Shown in pieces: positions 42,364 through 52,734 of a stretch of 64,000 bases of DNA. The DNA lies in assembly GCA_963775685.1 (NCBI GenBank), contig CAVZJV010000014.1, positions 2,144,001-2,208,000 on the forward strand, read 5' to 3'. Under the pieces are notes generated by a model, which was given only the letters and a program-made list of their open reading frames with translations, ran no database searches and was not told the origin of the DNA. The DNA is from Candidatus Bathyarchaeota archaeon (GTDB lineage: Archaea > Thermoproteota > Bathyarchaeia > Bathyarchaeales > Bathycorpusculaceae). Both the position numbers and the translations under genes were made by a program. How positions within the stretch are numbered: position 1 is the first letter of the stretch; each line of letters begins with the position of its first letter.

Positions 42364-42492
42364 ATACAGCTGTCTTTAGCGTATTGAGTATATTTGGTAT
42401 TTTTAAATGTTGGTTTGGGTGTTGGCTGTGATTTTTGGGTGTTTATTTATTTGGTTGATTATCTGATTGTTTGTTGTTTATTGGTGGACGGT

Positions 42493-43485
42493 TTGGCTGG
42501 CGAAGGTTTGGGCGAGCACGAAATAATTAGGCTTATCCAGCAGCGTTTAACAGTTATGCCCGATATGCCTGTGCCGTTTGGAGACGACGTTTCAGCTGTA
42601 TCGCTAGGTAACAACGAAGTAGCAGTTCTAAAAACAGACATGCTTGTGGCAAAAACCGACGTACCATCAGGCATGAGCTTATTTGCAGCAGCCCGAAAAG
42701 CAGTCGTAATGAATATCAGCGACTTCGCTGCCAAAGGGGTCTTACCGTCAGCGGTTTTAGTGGCGCTTGGTTTACCCAGAGGCCTAAGTACTGAAGATGT
42801 CATAGAGATTGCTGAAGGGTTGAATGTTGGAGCACGTGAATATGGCGCTTACGTGGTTGGTGGCGACACAGGTGAAGCATCTGACTTGATAATTGGCATT
42901 TCACTTTTTGGAACCGTTAAACAAAGCTTTTTGATGTTGCGTAGTGGCGCTCGAGCCGGCGATATTGTTGCGGTTACTGGGTTGTTTGGGAAATCTGCAG
43001 CTGGACTACGTTTGCTGCTTGGAAAATGCAGGGCTTCGAAAACAATGAGTGATGTTTTAGTTGATGCAGTGTTTAATCCTAAGGCGCGGTTGCGTGAGGG
43101 TTTGGCTCTCCGCAGCTACGGCTATATTTCAAGCAGTATAGATTCGAGTGATGGTTTAGCTTGGAGTTTGCATGAGTTGGCGCGGATGAGCAATGTTGGC
43201 TTCGCGCTTGATAAAGTTCCAATTGCATCTGAGGTAGAAGAATTTGCGTTGTGGAATGGTTTGGATGCGTTGGAGCTGGCTTTGTACGGAGGCGAAGAAT
43301 ACGAATTGGTGTTGACGGTTAAACCTGAAAATTGGTCAGAGGCAAAAGCGGTAGTTGAAACCGTGGGCGGATGTCTCATTCCTATTGGAAGGGCAACCTT
43401 TGAAAAAGAAATCATTATGGAGATAAACGGCGAAAAACGACTTATTGAGGCTCGTGGATGGGAGCATTTCAAAAGCCAGATTTAG
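42493..43485 (+). CDS. thiL: Thiamine-phosphate kinase
   Basis: GDD, KTDMLV, NISDFAAKG, VGGDT, IDSSDGL, GGEEYEL, GWEHF. Confidence 0.93.
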   Translation: MAGEGLGEHEIIRLIQQRLTVMPDMPVPFGDDVSAVSLGNNEVAVLKTDMLVAKTDVPSGMSLFAAARKAVVMNISDFAAKGVLPSAVLVALGLPRGLSTEDVIEIAEGLNVGAREYGAYVVGGDTGEASDLIIGISLFGTVKQSFLMLRSGARAGDIVAVTGLFGKSAAGLRLLLGKCRASKTMSDVLVDAVFNPKARLREGLALRSYGYISSSIDSSDGLAWSLHELARMSNVGFALDKVPIASEVEEFALWNGLDALELALYGGEEYELVLTVKPENWSEAKAVVETVGGCLIPIGRATFEKEIIMEINGEKRLIEARGWEHFKSQI

Positions 43486-44047
43486 CTTGCTTGTCTAAGG
43501 TATAATTGATTATTGTTATGCATGACGCTGCAAGGTATGGAGTTTTTCCAAGGCTGATTTTTTCTCCAAACCGCAAGGCGAACAGTTCTGTTTTTTTGGG
43601 CAAACCAACATGGTCCCCCAGGATAAAGACGCTATTTTCTGCAAGCTGGACTTGGCTTATGTCTTTTCCGCCTTCCTCAAGTACATAGACCTTGTGCGTT
43701 TGGGCTTTGGTTTTAAGGAGTGTTTCAAAACTTGTTTTGTCCTTGGATATACCAGGATGAGTTTTCCCAGATATGATTTTTTTTAGGATTGCCTGCCAAG
43801 TATCCCTGTCGGTTCGTACATCGTAAAGATTGTCTCCATTGATTTGAATATGCAAAGGTGGGTTAGGTGGACCATTTAGGATGGCGTGAAAGGTTACGTC
43901 TCTGCGGAGTCCATGAGAAAGAAAAAGGCTGCTGACGACGCATTCGTGAACGATATCAAGTCTTCCAGCATCGTGCAGATTATGGAAGTTTGAATCGGTT
44001 TGACCTATACGTGAGAAAAGGATGAATTCACATGGCAAGACAGTCAC
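43469..44047 (-). CDS. trmY: tRNA (pseudouridine-54-N1)-methyltransferase (SPOUT)
   Basis: AGRLDI, FLSHGLRRDV, ILGDHVG, ISLG...YLAASCI. Confidence 0.88.
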   Translation of the reverse strand: MTVLPCEFILFSRIGQTDSNFHNLHDAGRLDIVHECVVSSLFLSHGLRRDVTFHAILNGPPNPPLHIQINGDNLYDVRTDRDTWQAILKKIISGKTHPGISKDKTSFETLLKTKAQTHKVYVLEEGGKDISQVQLAENSVFILGDHVGLPKKTELFALRFGEKISLGKTPYLAASCITIINYTLDKQAKSGF

Positions 44048-44220
44048 GGCATAAACCTATGTGTATATTGCTTTAAAGCGCTTTCCCGCCTCTCAACCGA
44101 TGTTCTTGGTGTCTATTCAATGCTATTAAACGAAACAAACGCGACATCCCACGGAACCTGAGCAAAGGGTAGCTAAGGTTTTTATGGTTCTTGCCAAATT
44201 ATGTTCACTGCAACACGGGC

Positions 44221-44298
44221 GGGGCCATCGGCTAGCTTGGTCTAGGCTTGTAGACTTGGGCTCTATAGACTCCGGTTCAAATCCGGGTGGCCCCACCA
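44221..44298 (+). tRNA. tRNA-Pro(TGG), encoded CCA; attL of an integrated element
   Basis: GGGGCCA/TGGCCCC acceptor; anticodon loop CTTGGGC; T-loop TTCAAAT. Confidence 0.93.
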
Positions 44299-44626
44299 TT
44301 AACTTTCTAAAAAAAGCTTGGTTTGAGCTTGGTTCATTCTTACTGATTTCCGTAATCTTACTTAATTCAATAAGACCCGCCCGTTGAAGGAGCTCTAACT
44401 CTACTTTTTATTTTATGTTTTAAAACGTATGAGTAATCAGGGTTAAAGCTCTGGGGAGAGCGGAGAAATTCGATTTCTTTTTGGCTAAACATTTTAAATC
44501 TGTCTCCGTTTATAGAACTAAGCGAATTTTGGGCTTAAAAAGGCTCGCATTTAATCATTCAAAGTTTTTCGGTGTCTAAATGTTACAGCCATAGAAACAT
44601 CGAGAGGAGCAAACTCAAAATTGCTT

Positions 44627-45139
44627 TTACTTAAATATGTAAGGCGGCGGTGAAGAAACTGGAACAGGACCTTCTTGGTTAGTCGTAGGTGAAGGCGAAA
44701 TAGACGGAGGAGCAATAGGAGAAATTATTGGCTCAGCGCTTGAAATAGTCGACTTGACGTATAAGATTAATTGGTTAGAAGTCACATTTACGCTGCCTAC
44801 CACGATTTGCAGCCCCTCAAAACTGAATTTAGCTCCTTGAATCGCTCTGAAACTTTGGTTTGAGTTAATAATTAGTGTTTGTTCTGTTGTAATATGGAAA
44901 AAAGGGTCAGGAGGGGCACCTATTATGGGAGCGCCTCCATCAGATTTTCCAACTAAGTAAAAGAGTATATAATACGAAGTGTTGCCAAATTTTACAAAGG
45001 TTGGCGGGTAAGAATAAGGGGTTAAAGTAATTTTACTATAACCTAAGAGCGTATTAGCTACAAAGAGTTCAATGCCAACGACCGCTATGACAACTACTGC
45101 CAATAAAATGGCGACCGTTACAATTTTTCTCTTTGGCAT
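44627..45139 (-). CDS. Hypothetical exported protein with Pro-rich tail
   Basis: N-terminal basic/hydrophobic anchor. Confidence 0.7.
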   Translation of the reverse strand: MPKRKIVTVAILLAVVVIAVVGIELFVANTLLGYSKITLTPYSYPPTFVKFGNTSYYILFYLVGKSDGGAPIIGAPPDPFFHITTEQTLIINSNQSFRAIQGAKFSFEGLQIVVGSVNVTSNQLILYVKSTISSAEPIISPIAPPSISPSPTTNQEGPVPVSSPPPYIFK

Positions 45140-45269
45140 TCAATCGGTTCCTCTAATTCCCCATTAGGCTCTTTGTTTCAACAGTTTTTACCTATACTTA
45201 GTATTAGGCATGACTAGCTTTATGCACATTTTCGCCAGCTGTAAAAGAATTATTTGATTCAGGCTTATA

Positions 45270-45316
45270 GTTCTACGCTTGGAACACACGAAAACTAGTT
45301 GTTCCAAGGCTGGAAC
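45270..45316. repeat. Paired 16-bp palindromic site, copy A
   Basis: GTTCTACGCTTGGAAC-N15-GTTCCAAGGCTGGAAC, 2 bp after a stop codon. Confidence 0.7.
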
Positions 45317-45318
45317 AG

Positions 45319-46106
45319 CTAAGATTTTTGTTTACTGGTTTTTCGATGCCTTCTATAAAGGAAAACAGACAATACGATAATAGCCACCATAACGCTGACA
45401 GGAATCAAGTAAACTATTGGATCTAAGTGGGGTGGATTTCTAGGCGGAAGATAAGGCGTTGGCGTACCTGAACTTTCAGGAACAGTTATTGTTTGTGTGT
45501 TACTCCAATCGCTTGTTTCAATAGTTGACCAAATAGCTATAGAGTTCACTCCTGTGGGTTCTCCATAAAATTTAATCCGCCAGGAAGGCAGGGGTTCAGA
45601 AACACCGTATATATCGGTTACATTCCCTATTATTGCTTGAACCTGAAAGTCGATTGAGTCACCTACAGAAGCGTTAATTGGTAAGGACGTGGCATAGGTA
45701 GAATTGTTTCAACTAAGTTTAAGGTTGGTAAAGGAGTATTGTTTGGGAGGGTGTCAAAATTATTTGACTGAGTGGGGTATCCGCCAGGCTGATAAATATC
45801 TGTCCAGTTGTTTTCCTTTTGATTTTTTACCCGAATATTGTAGTATAATGAAATTGTCGAGTTTGTTCTTGAATCAAAGTAGCTTGTGAAGTTTTGATTG
45901 GTTATGATAACTTCTATGCTGTTTGCCACAAAGAAATTTGGGTATGTTGAGTTTGTAGTTGTAGGACCATTAACGTACAGAAGGGTAAATTGAGGAACAG
46001 AAGGTTTAGACTCTGCTGTCTCAGCAACTTGCGCCTCAGCCAATATTGAAGTAACCAATAAAAAGATGGCAACTATCGTTGTGAAGGATTTCTTAATCAT
46101 AGCCAT
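45319..46106 (-). CDS. Membrane-anchored surface protein (frameshift at ~45670)
   Basis: Signal peptide; KPSVPQFTL...LYYNIRVK | DFQVQAIIG...SDWSNTQTITVP; C-terminal TM helix and basic tail. Confidence 0.75.
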
Positions 46107-47142
46107 CTCTCAACTTCCTTTTTCTAATCAGGACTACAATAAAGAGTAAGGAAAGGAATAGGGGCAGAATCATCAACCAAGAAAACTCTGGAATGGTTGG
46201 AGTTGGAGTTGGGGAAGCAGGTGCAGAGTTATTTGTGACATAGCCAGTTACATAGGCGTAAGACGGAAGTACATAGTCTAAAATTGGGAAAAGGTATGTT
46301 TCACCGGGTTGAATTGCATAGTCCATTAAACCTCCTGATCGGTATGGTTCCTGCCAGAACACTGTAACGCTGTTTAGCGGGAAAGTGTTGTTGTTGAAAA
46401 CTGTTACGTTGCGGTAAGTGTAATCGAGCGCACCCATGTGATGCATTAAGCCGAAGTTTTCTGCGTAAATATCATACTTTGAAATATTGTGGTATCTCTG
46501 ATAGTAATTGGGGTTGTAGGCAATGGTGACCATATTGCTTTTTTGCGTGCTGTCATAATATTGACGGTATGTGCCTTCGTCAGATTCTACTGCTCTGAAA
46601 TTTACGATTTGTAAGTAAGCTTGCGCTTGTGGCACAGTTAATGATTGACCGTTGATAATGTCTCCAAAGTTGTTCTGGGAAACGTAAATTGTTAGGTTGT
46701 GAGAGCTAAACCCAAATGAAATTTGGCTTTGGATACTCAAGCTAATATTTTCTTTTCGGTTTGGCTCAATGTTGATTGATATTATTGGGGTGCTGAAGTT
46801 TTGGATATCTTGTAGCATCTTTACGCTTTCAAAAAACGAGTTGGGCGTTTTTAACGTGTAATTGGAATCCCACAGTTTCAGGGTTGGACTAATTATCTCT
46901 GAAATATCAAACCGTATGGATAAGTTTAGATTGCTATAAGAATTGCTTGTAGGGTTTACAAGGACTATGTTTCCTTGTGTTTTGCCTTCCGTGGTTGAAC
47001 TGTAGTTAGTATGGCTCCAGGGTCCGGGGATGTAGCTTGCTACGTACAGGCTGTTGTGCGCATCAGTGCTTGCTAAGGCAACTTTTGATTTTTCAATAAG
47101 CAAAGACGTTGTCAAAACAGCGAAAAGGATGATTGTTACCAC
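46093..47142 (-). CDS. PEF-CTERM surface protein
   Basis: Signal peptide, many N-x-S/T sequons, PTPTPTIPEF, TM helix, RKRK. Confidence 0.78.
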   Translation of the reverse strand: MVTIILFAVLTTSLLIEKSKVALASTDAHNSLYVASYIPGPWSHTNYSSTTEGKTQGNIVLVNPTSNSYSNLNLSIRFDISEIISPTLKLWDSNYTLKTPNSFFESVKMLQDIQNFSTPIISINIEPNRKENISLSIQSQISFGFSSHNLTIYVSQNNFGDIINGQSLTVPQAQAYLQIVNFRAVESDEGTYRQYYDSTQKSNMVTIAYNPNYYQRYHNISKYDIYAENFGLMHHMGALDYTYRNVTVFNNNTFPLNSVTVFWQEPYRSGGLMDYAIQPGETYLFPILDYVLPSYAYVTGYVTNNSAPASPTPTPTIPEFSWLMILPLFLSLLFIVVLIRKRKLRDGYD

Positions 47143-47205
47143 GATAAGACATGCCTTTTTCGTAATCTTTCCTCACTTCTCTTATTATAATCTTGAATAC
47201 TCTTA

Positions 47206-47242
47206 ATTCTATTCATGGAACACACTGTTCCAAAGCTGGAAC
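47206..47242. repeat. Paired 16-bp palindromic site, copy B
   Basis: ATTCTATTCATGGAAC-ACACT-GTTCCAAAGCTGGAAC. Confidence 0.65.
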
Positions 47243-47852
47243 GGAATGGCAAAAGGGGTTCTTGACTAAAACGCTAAGGGTTCTCGCTGGAATAAAGAAT
47301 TCTTAGAATAATTTTTCTTGTCTCAATAAGGCTTATTTTGAATCATTTTCATTGAACTTAAGATGTCTGCAAAATAGCCTATTGTCTGATTATAGTCTGG
47401 GAAAAAATTACTTGGGTGAGCACAAAGGTTCCTTTTACCTAAGAAACCATGAAGCATCGCATTTCACCTTTTGTCGCTAATTTTAGATCTTTGCATACTT
47501 CAACTATTGAAAACTCTGTGCAATTGTCTCGCAAGTCATCAAGACAAAATTTGCGATTTGTTGATTAAAGCTTCAAACCAAGGGTTTTTAATATCCCAAA
47601 TAAACATAAAACGCAAGCCCTATGCCAATAACACCTGAAGGAAGAGCGGTAGACTTCAAAGTTCAATTTGTTTGTAGTAGCTGTCCTAATGAATAAAATC
47701 AGAATCGAATAATTTAAACAAGATTAAAAAGAGGGGGCAAATTTTGACAGCTAACCACTTAGCGGAAGCTGCAGTCAAGCCGCAAGAATTAAACGCTGTC
47801 TCTATGAGGAGCTCCTAAACCGAACTCCCCAACCTCGTATTTTTAACGAGAA

Positions 47853-47975
47853 AAAATCAAAGGAGAAAAAAGACAAACCATTGATGCATGGATTAGCGAA
47901 GGGTCTCTTTTATTTGCGAAATATCTTAGAAATGAGCGAAAAGAGTGGAACCCGAGAGCAAGTAATCACGCTTAA
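47853..47975 (+). pseudogene. Probable C-terminal relic of a solo Cas1-like protein
   Basis: KIKGEKRQTIDAWISEGSLLFAKYLRNERKEWNPR resembles, from memory, the C-terminus of archaeal solo Cas1 proteins. Confidence 0.4.
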
Positions 47976-48069
47976 AAATGCAGGTTTTAGAAAAACATAA
48001 ATTGGTATTCAACTGGATTAAAACTCAGGCGGTTGAAAGCTATACTGGTTAAAGTTGAGAAGGAGGTGT

Positions 48070-48524
48070 ATGTTATTGAGTGGTAGTACAGAAGTTGTTA
48101 ACCAAAATATAACGAAACTGCCATTATTATCTGGAATTTTCACTATAATTTCTGCCATATTAGTTATACTAGCTGGAGTATACACAATTTACGGTGCTTT
48201 AATTACTTATGGCGGCTCGGGTACGGCTTTATAGAAGGTACAAATGTATTCTTCTGGATTGTTGGAATTTTTGAAATAATTGCTTTCTCAGTAGGTTTAA
48301 CTGGTGGTATCTTCCAAATTAGAAGACAGTATTTCTTAGGCACGATTTTCAGCAACATTCTTTTGATTGCTTCAGCTATAATTCTAGTGGCACAATCATT
48401 CTTTAAGATTGGACGTATGGAATTGACTTTTGCGAACCTTTTACTTCTCGCAGTACCAATACTGATATTGACAATTCTGAGCATCGTCTTTATCGGGATG
48501 TCAAAAAAAGAGTTCAAAAACTAG
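48070..48524 (+). CDS. Membrane protein with four TM helices (frameshift at ~48225)
   Basis: AGGAGGTG RBS; two hydrophobic frames join and end in SKKEFKN. Confidence 0.6.
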
Positions 48525-48552
48525 TTGAAACGTAATTCCCCTATTTTTTTTG

Positions 48553-48901
48553 TTATCCTTTATTATTGTGTAGTGTGACGTTAGTTTTTTTTCTGTCTGT
48601 TTGTCTTGGTTTATCTATCTGTCTTTGTCTGTTTGACTTGTGCATGCTAAAGGAGCGAGCGTAATAGAGGATCTGCTTAATGCTATCAACGAATTGATTG
48701 TATTGTTTCTTGCTGGTGGATAATCGATAATATGCGTTTACGTTGTTTAACAACTGATAATGTTTTCTTGAGTGTTCAAGGATTGATAGAGCATAACCTT
48801 CAGCATACTTGTTATCTACATATTGTTTGAAGTCTTGCCAGTAGATGACTTTCGGATTCTTGGGCTCTATAGACTCCGGTTCAAATCCGGGTGGCCCACC
48901 A
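48553..48901 (-). pseudogene. Truncated int(C) fragment of an SSV-type split integrase
   Basis: GPPGFEPES (encoded by the antisense of the tRNA att) followed by IYWQDFKQYVDNKY... and, after a shift, RNNTINSLIALSR; then truncated. Confidence 0.65.
48859..48901 (+). repeat. attR: duplicate of the tRNA-Pro 3' half
   Basis: CTTGGGCTCTATAGACTCCGGTTCAAATCCGGGTGGCCC-ACCA, identical to 44255..44298 except for one missing C. Confidence 0.92.
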
Positions 48902-49122
48902 ATAATCAAATTGTTTGATCAATGGTAAAGAGACATTTAGGTCTTATTTTGTCTAAGACTCTCTTAAATAACACAAAAAGTAGCTCTTTAAAAAGGCATT
49001 TTTAACAATTGATGGCATAACTATATTAATAAACTTTAAAGTAAAAACCCTCATTATAATTGTCTATTAAGGATTTGGATGTTTTTTTAGTGTTTATTTT
49101 TGAAAAGTAAGTTAAAAGGAAC

Positions 49123-49190
49123 GGGTTCAGAGCTTTTTCGAAGATGCAAGGTGTGATGGCAAACCATCAAATGCATTTCTCTCTGAACCC
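49123..49190. ncRNA. Candidate structured intergenic RNA (three nested stems)
   Basis: GGGTTCAGAG/CTCTGAACCC, ATGCA/TGCAT and TGATGG/CCATCA stems. Confidence 0.35.
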
Positions 49191-49426
49191 ATTTATTGAG
49201 AACAGAATTTCTCACACTAATGCTTTATGAAACCTGGATTCATATTTGAAGAATTGATTTCAAACAAATATAACAAAATCTCTGGTTGGCTGGTGCGTTA
49301 ACATTTTACTTAGGGACTTGTGAATATATGAATTATATTTAGCTAAGTAAGAGAGACGAGCTTGTCGGGGATAAATTGCATGATGTAAAAAGGACTTAGA
49401 CGAAGAACGCAAAGGCACATTCTAAA

Positions 49427-50641
49427 ATGGTTGAAATAAGAAGTGTGGCAGACAAAGGATCAAGCTTGCTTTGTTCCATGGGGTCGCTTAAAAAAATGCC
49501 GTTTTCTCTTGACGACCTTCATTTTGTGCCAGCTCAAGTTTCCAAAATTCCACTTAACACAGACGAGGAGGTAAATATTAAAGTCGTTATAGGGTCTGCG
49601 GCAAAAAAGCCTCTGAACTTTTTCTCTCCAATCATGTTTAGTGGCATGAGCTATGGCGCAGTATCTAAAAATGTGAGGTTGGTTTTGGCGAAAGTTGCCT
49701 CAAAACTAAATCTTGGAATAAACTCGGGAGAAGATGTTGTTCTGCCAGAGGAACTAGATATTGCCTCCAAAAATCTTGTTGTACAATACTCCACCAGCAG
49801 GTTTTCAATATCTGAAGATATTCTAAAGAAGGTTTCAGCGGTGGAAATAAGATTTGGCCAAGGAGCCTATCCAGGGTGGGAGAGCCTATTACCCGCAGAA
49901 AAAGTTCCACCGGAAATAGCTAAGCTGATGAACCTTAAGGAAGGTGAAGCGGCACACGCTCCTGCGCATCACTCTGACATAAAAAATGAAGCTGAACTTA
50001 ATGAAAAAATAAGGTGGTTAAGGGAGTTGACTGATGGGGCTCCCATCGGAGCTAAGATAGGTTGCGGAAATGTCGAGGATGACATTGAAAGTTTAGCAAA
50101 AAGCGGTGTGGACTTTATTTCACTTGATGGATTTGGAGGAGGGACTGGTGCAACGGAATCTTTTGTCAGAGAAAATGTTGGAATTCCCATTGTAGCAGCT
50201 TTACCAAGAGCTGACAGGCATTTAAAAAAATTGGGCCTAAGGAATAAAATAAGCTTGATAGCTGGAGGCGGATTAAGAACTTCAGCAGATTTCGTAAAAT
50301 GTCTTGCCCTTGGTGCAGACGCAACATACATCGGAACTTCTGCTTTGATTGCCATAAACTGTCAGCAATACCGAATCTGTCATACAGGCCATTGTCCAAC
50401 AGGAGTTACTACAAATAATCCAGTTTTAGTTAAGCAATTAAACGTTGACGAGGGCGTTCGTAGACTGACCAACTTCGTTAACGTTTCAAATTTAGAGGTT
50501 GCGAATTTATTGAGAATTATTGGGAAGAATGATATCAAGAAAATAGCCGTGGAAGACCTTGTTGCACTTGGAAAAGAACTATCTGAAGTTACGGGAGTCA
50601 AGTGGATAAATGGAAAAAACGTTAGTTTACAAGAAAAGTAG
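49427..50641 (+). CDS. FMN-binding glutamate synthase family protein
   Basis: GMSYGA, GQGAYPG, DG.GGGTGA, GGLRT, CQQYRICHTGHCPTG Fe-S motif. Confidence 0.9.
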   Translation: MVEIRSVADKGSSLLCSMGSLKKMPFSLDDLHFVPAQVSKIPLNTDEEVNIKVVIGSAAKKPLNFFSPIMFSGMSYGAVSKNVRLVLAKVASKLNLGINSGEDVVLPEELDIASKNLVVQYSTSRFSISEDILKKVSAVEIRFGQGAYPGWESLLPAEKVPPEIAKLMNLKEGEAAHAPAHHSDIKNEAELNEKIRWLRELTDGAPIGAKIGCGNVEDDIESLAKSGVDFISLDGFGGGTGATESFVRENVGIPIVAALPRADRHLKKLGLRNKISLIAGGGLRTSADFVKCLALGADATYIGTSALIAINCQQYRICHTGHCPTGVTTNNPVLVKQLNVDEGVRRLTNFVNVSNLEVANLLRIIGKNDIKKIAVEDLVALGKELSEVTGVKWINGKNVSLQEK

Positions 50642-51196
50642 TTGCTGACAAAATCGTTTCAAATAGCTTTTAAAACAATTGCCATAAACCCACAAACTCG
50701 TTGGCTCTTGATATCTGGGTGATCTTCATTTAGAACAAAATGAAAAAACCATGTTTTTTGATGCCTCAATGTATAAAAGAAAAAGAACACCATGTGCATT
50801 CATTTAGCAGACTCGTTTCTGTTGCATATTTTTGTTTTTTGGTAACTTTATCTGGTTTATGTAATTTTTCTGCAGTTTGTTCCAGCTCATTTTGGGTATA
50901 ACGGAGTCGCCAACCGCTGGGTAGATAAAACTAAATTACTATGGATAGCGGAACTTGCTGTTGTTTCATGTTATGCATTCGGTTTATGTTTGAAATTTGG
51001 AAAATACGGGGAAGGCAATGGTGCTTTTGATGGGTGCAATATTCATAGCCGTTATTGCTTTGTTTATCTTTACCAACTATTCACACGATAACAATCTTAG
51101 AGTAGTCTACGGAAATTCAGTTTCGGAAATGTTTTAGCTTTGGCTTGGGCAAATCTCTAATAATTGTAAAAACTAATGAATTATGTAAAATGAAGG

Positions 51197-51589
51197 TTGC
51201 ATAAGATGAATCCCGTTGGTTTATGGACGCTGCACTATGACTGGGGACCCAAAGGAAACTACAGTTGGGCTCCTCTCTACTTCAACTTTGACGGAACCTT
51301 CGCATATTTGGCTGGCGCCAACGAGGGAACATGGGTGCAGGTTGATGACACGATTATTTGGCGGTTCAAGAGGCTACCGGACACAGAAAACAACACCGTT
51401 TATTCAGGAACATGCACAAGAAATTTCATGTCTGGGCTGATGCTGTCGTTTGAAGGAGAAAAAGGCCACTGGTACGCCGTCAAGAAAGGCACCAAAGTAT
51501 TTGCCCTCAAAGAAAACAAAAAATTGCCCTACCTGGTGGAAAGAGAAAGCAAACCACAACTCGACTCAACAGGAAAAAAAGTAAGATAG
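51197..51589 (+). CDS. Hypothetical protein
   Basis: Intact aromatic-rich beta-type ORF. Confidence 0.65.
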   Translation: MHKMNPVGLWTLHYDWGPKGNYSWAPLYFNFDGTFAYLAGANEGTWVQVDDTIIWRFKRLPDTENNTVYSGTCTRNFMSGLMLSFEGEKGHWYAVKKGTKVFALKENKKLPYLVERESKPQLDSTGKKVR

Positions 51590-51655
51590 AATTTTAAAAA
51601 AGTCTTTTTTGTGACAGATAAAGAAAATAAATAGCAGGTAATTGGCGAAGTTGCC

Positions 51656-51889
51656 CTATTCTACGGCTTCAACTTTCTGTATTTCTGGAACTCTTTGCTT
51701 AATCAGTGCTTCAACGCCGTTTTTAAGCGTCATAGCCGACATGGGGCAACCTGCACAATGTCCAACTAAACGAACCTTCGCAGTCGAATTTTCAACAGCT
51801 ACCAGCTCCACATCTCCGCCGTCAAGTTGGATTTGAGGTCTTATCTCGTTAAGTGCATCTTGGACTCTTTTTTGGATTGATTCAGTCAT
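51656..51889 (-). CDS. NifU C-terminal (Nfu) domain protein
   Basis: IRPQIQLDGGDVELV...GHCAGCPMS. Confidence 0.9.
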   Translation of the reverse strand: MTESIQKRVQDALNEIRPQIQLDGGDVELVAVENSTAKVRLVGHCAGCPMSAMTLKNGVEALIKQRVPEIQKVEAVE

Positions 51890-51960
51890 GTAACTTCACT
51901 TATGTATCTTTGAAAAGAATAAACGATTATAAAAGATTCCTGTTTCTTGGGGCGCTTCTT

Positions 51961-52143
51961 CTACTCTTTTAATTTAGGCAGAACCTTTGTAGCCCATTCA
52001 GTTCTGGTTGAGTAGATTTCTCGCAGTTTTGGAGTAGAGGTGGATGTCAATTTAACTTTTGCAAGCATTCGGCTTTTAGATCTGCTGATTGCGCTGTTTC
52101 GTTTTGGCTTGTTCCGGTTTATTTTATAATTTTCAGGGTTCAT
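51961..52143 (-). CDS. Small basic hypothetical protein
   Basis: 60-aa ORF. Confidence 0.4.
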   Translation of the reverse strand: MNPENYKINRNKPKRNSAISRSKSRMLAKVKLTSTSTPKLREIYSTRTEWATKVLPKLKE

Positions 52144-52397
52144 ATTCGATCTCTGCTATTCAAGCTTGAGTCCTTGCATATAGAAGTTTTCCCTTTTTAG
52201 GATTGTTTTAAAAATCAGTTTTTCCCAGCCTTCTCCACGCTAAAGGAAAAATCAGTTAGAAACGATTTAGCTAGGGTTACATTCTTCAAATAGGATAAAG
52301 TGCTCGAATTAGTTATGAAAAACAAAATACAATCCCTACTGCGGAAGACTTAAGCTCTCATAACCTATTTACACATAAAATAAGGCAAGGTTTTGCA

Positions 52398-52638
52398 ATG
52401 GTCCATCGAAGAGTTCGAGGCGGGAAATTTAAAATCAAACATGTTGAGAAGCGATGCCCCGTCGAGTTAGGAGACGAATTAGAAGTAAACATCACTGACA
52501 CTTGCCCAAATGGCGATGGCATGTCTAAAATTCAAGGTTATATTATACAAGTCCCGAAAGCTAAGCCTAGAGAACGGGTGACAGTGAAAATTAGTCATAG
52601 TGGGCAAAAAAATGGCAACAGGCGAAATAATCAAATAA
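52398..52638 (+). CDS. Single TRAM-domain RNA-binding protein (frameshift at ~52598)
   Basis: PVELGDELEVNI...GDGMSKIQGYIIQVP...ERVTVKI; the shifted frame ends KMATGEIIK. Confidence 0.75.
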
Positions 52639-52734
52639 ACCACTCCATCTGCCAATTGTTATGCTCGCGGTTGCTTATCTAACAAAACCTGCAAATAAAA
52701 GCCGCCGCGACTTAGTACTCTATGTTTTTGTCCT

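Larger units (their letters stand above)
44255..48901. mobile_element. Decayed SSV-type integrative element in tRNA-Pro (~4.6 kb)
   Basis: ~43-bp direct repeat of the tRNA 3' half at 48859..48901, with an integrase reading frame running through the att sequence. Confidence 0.8.
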
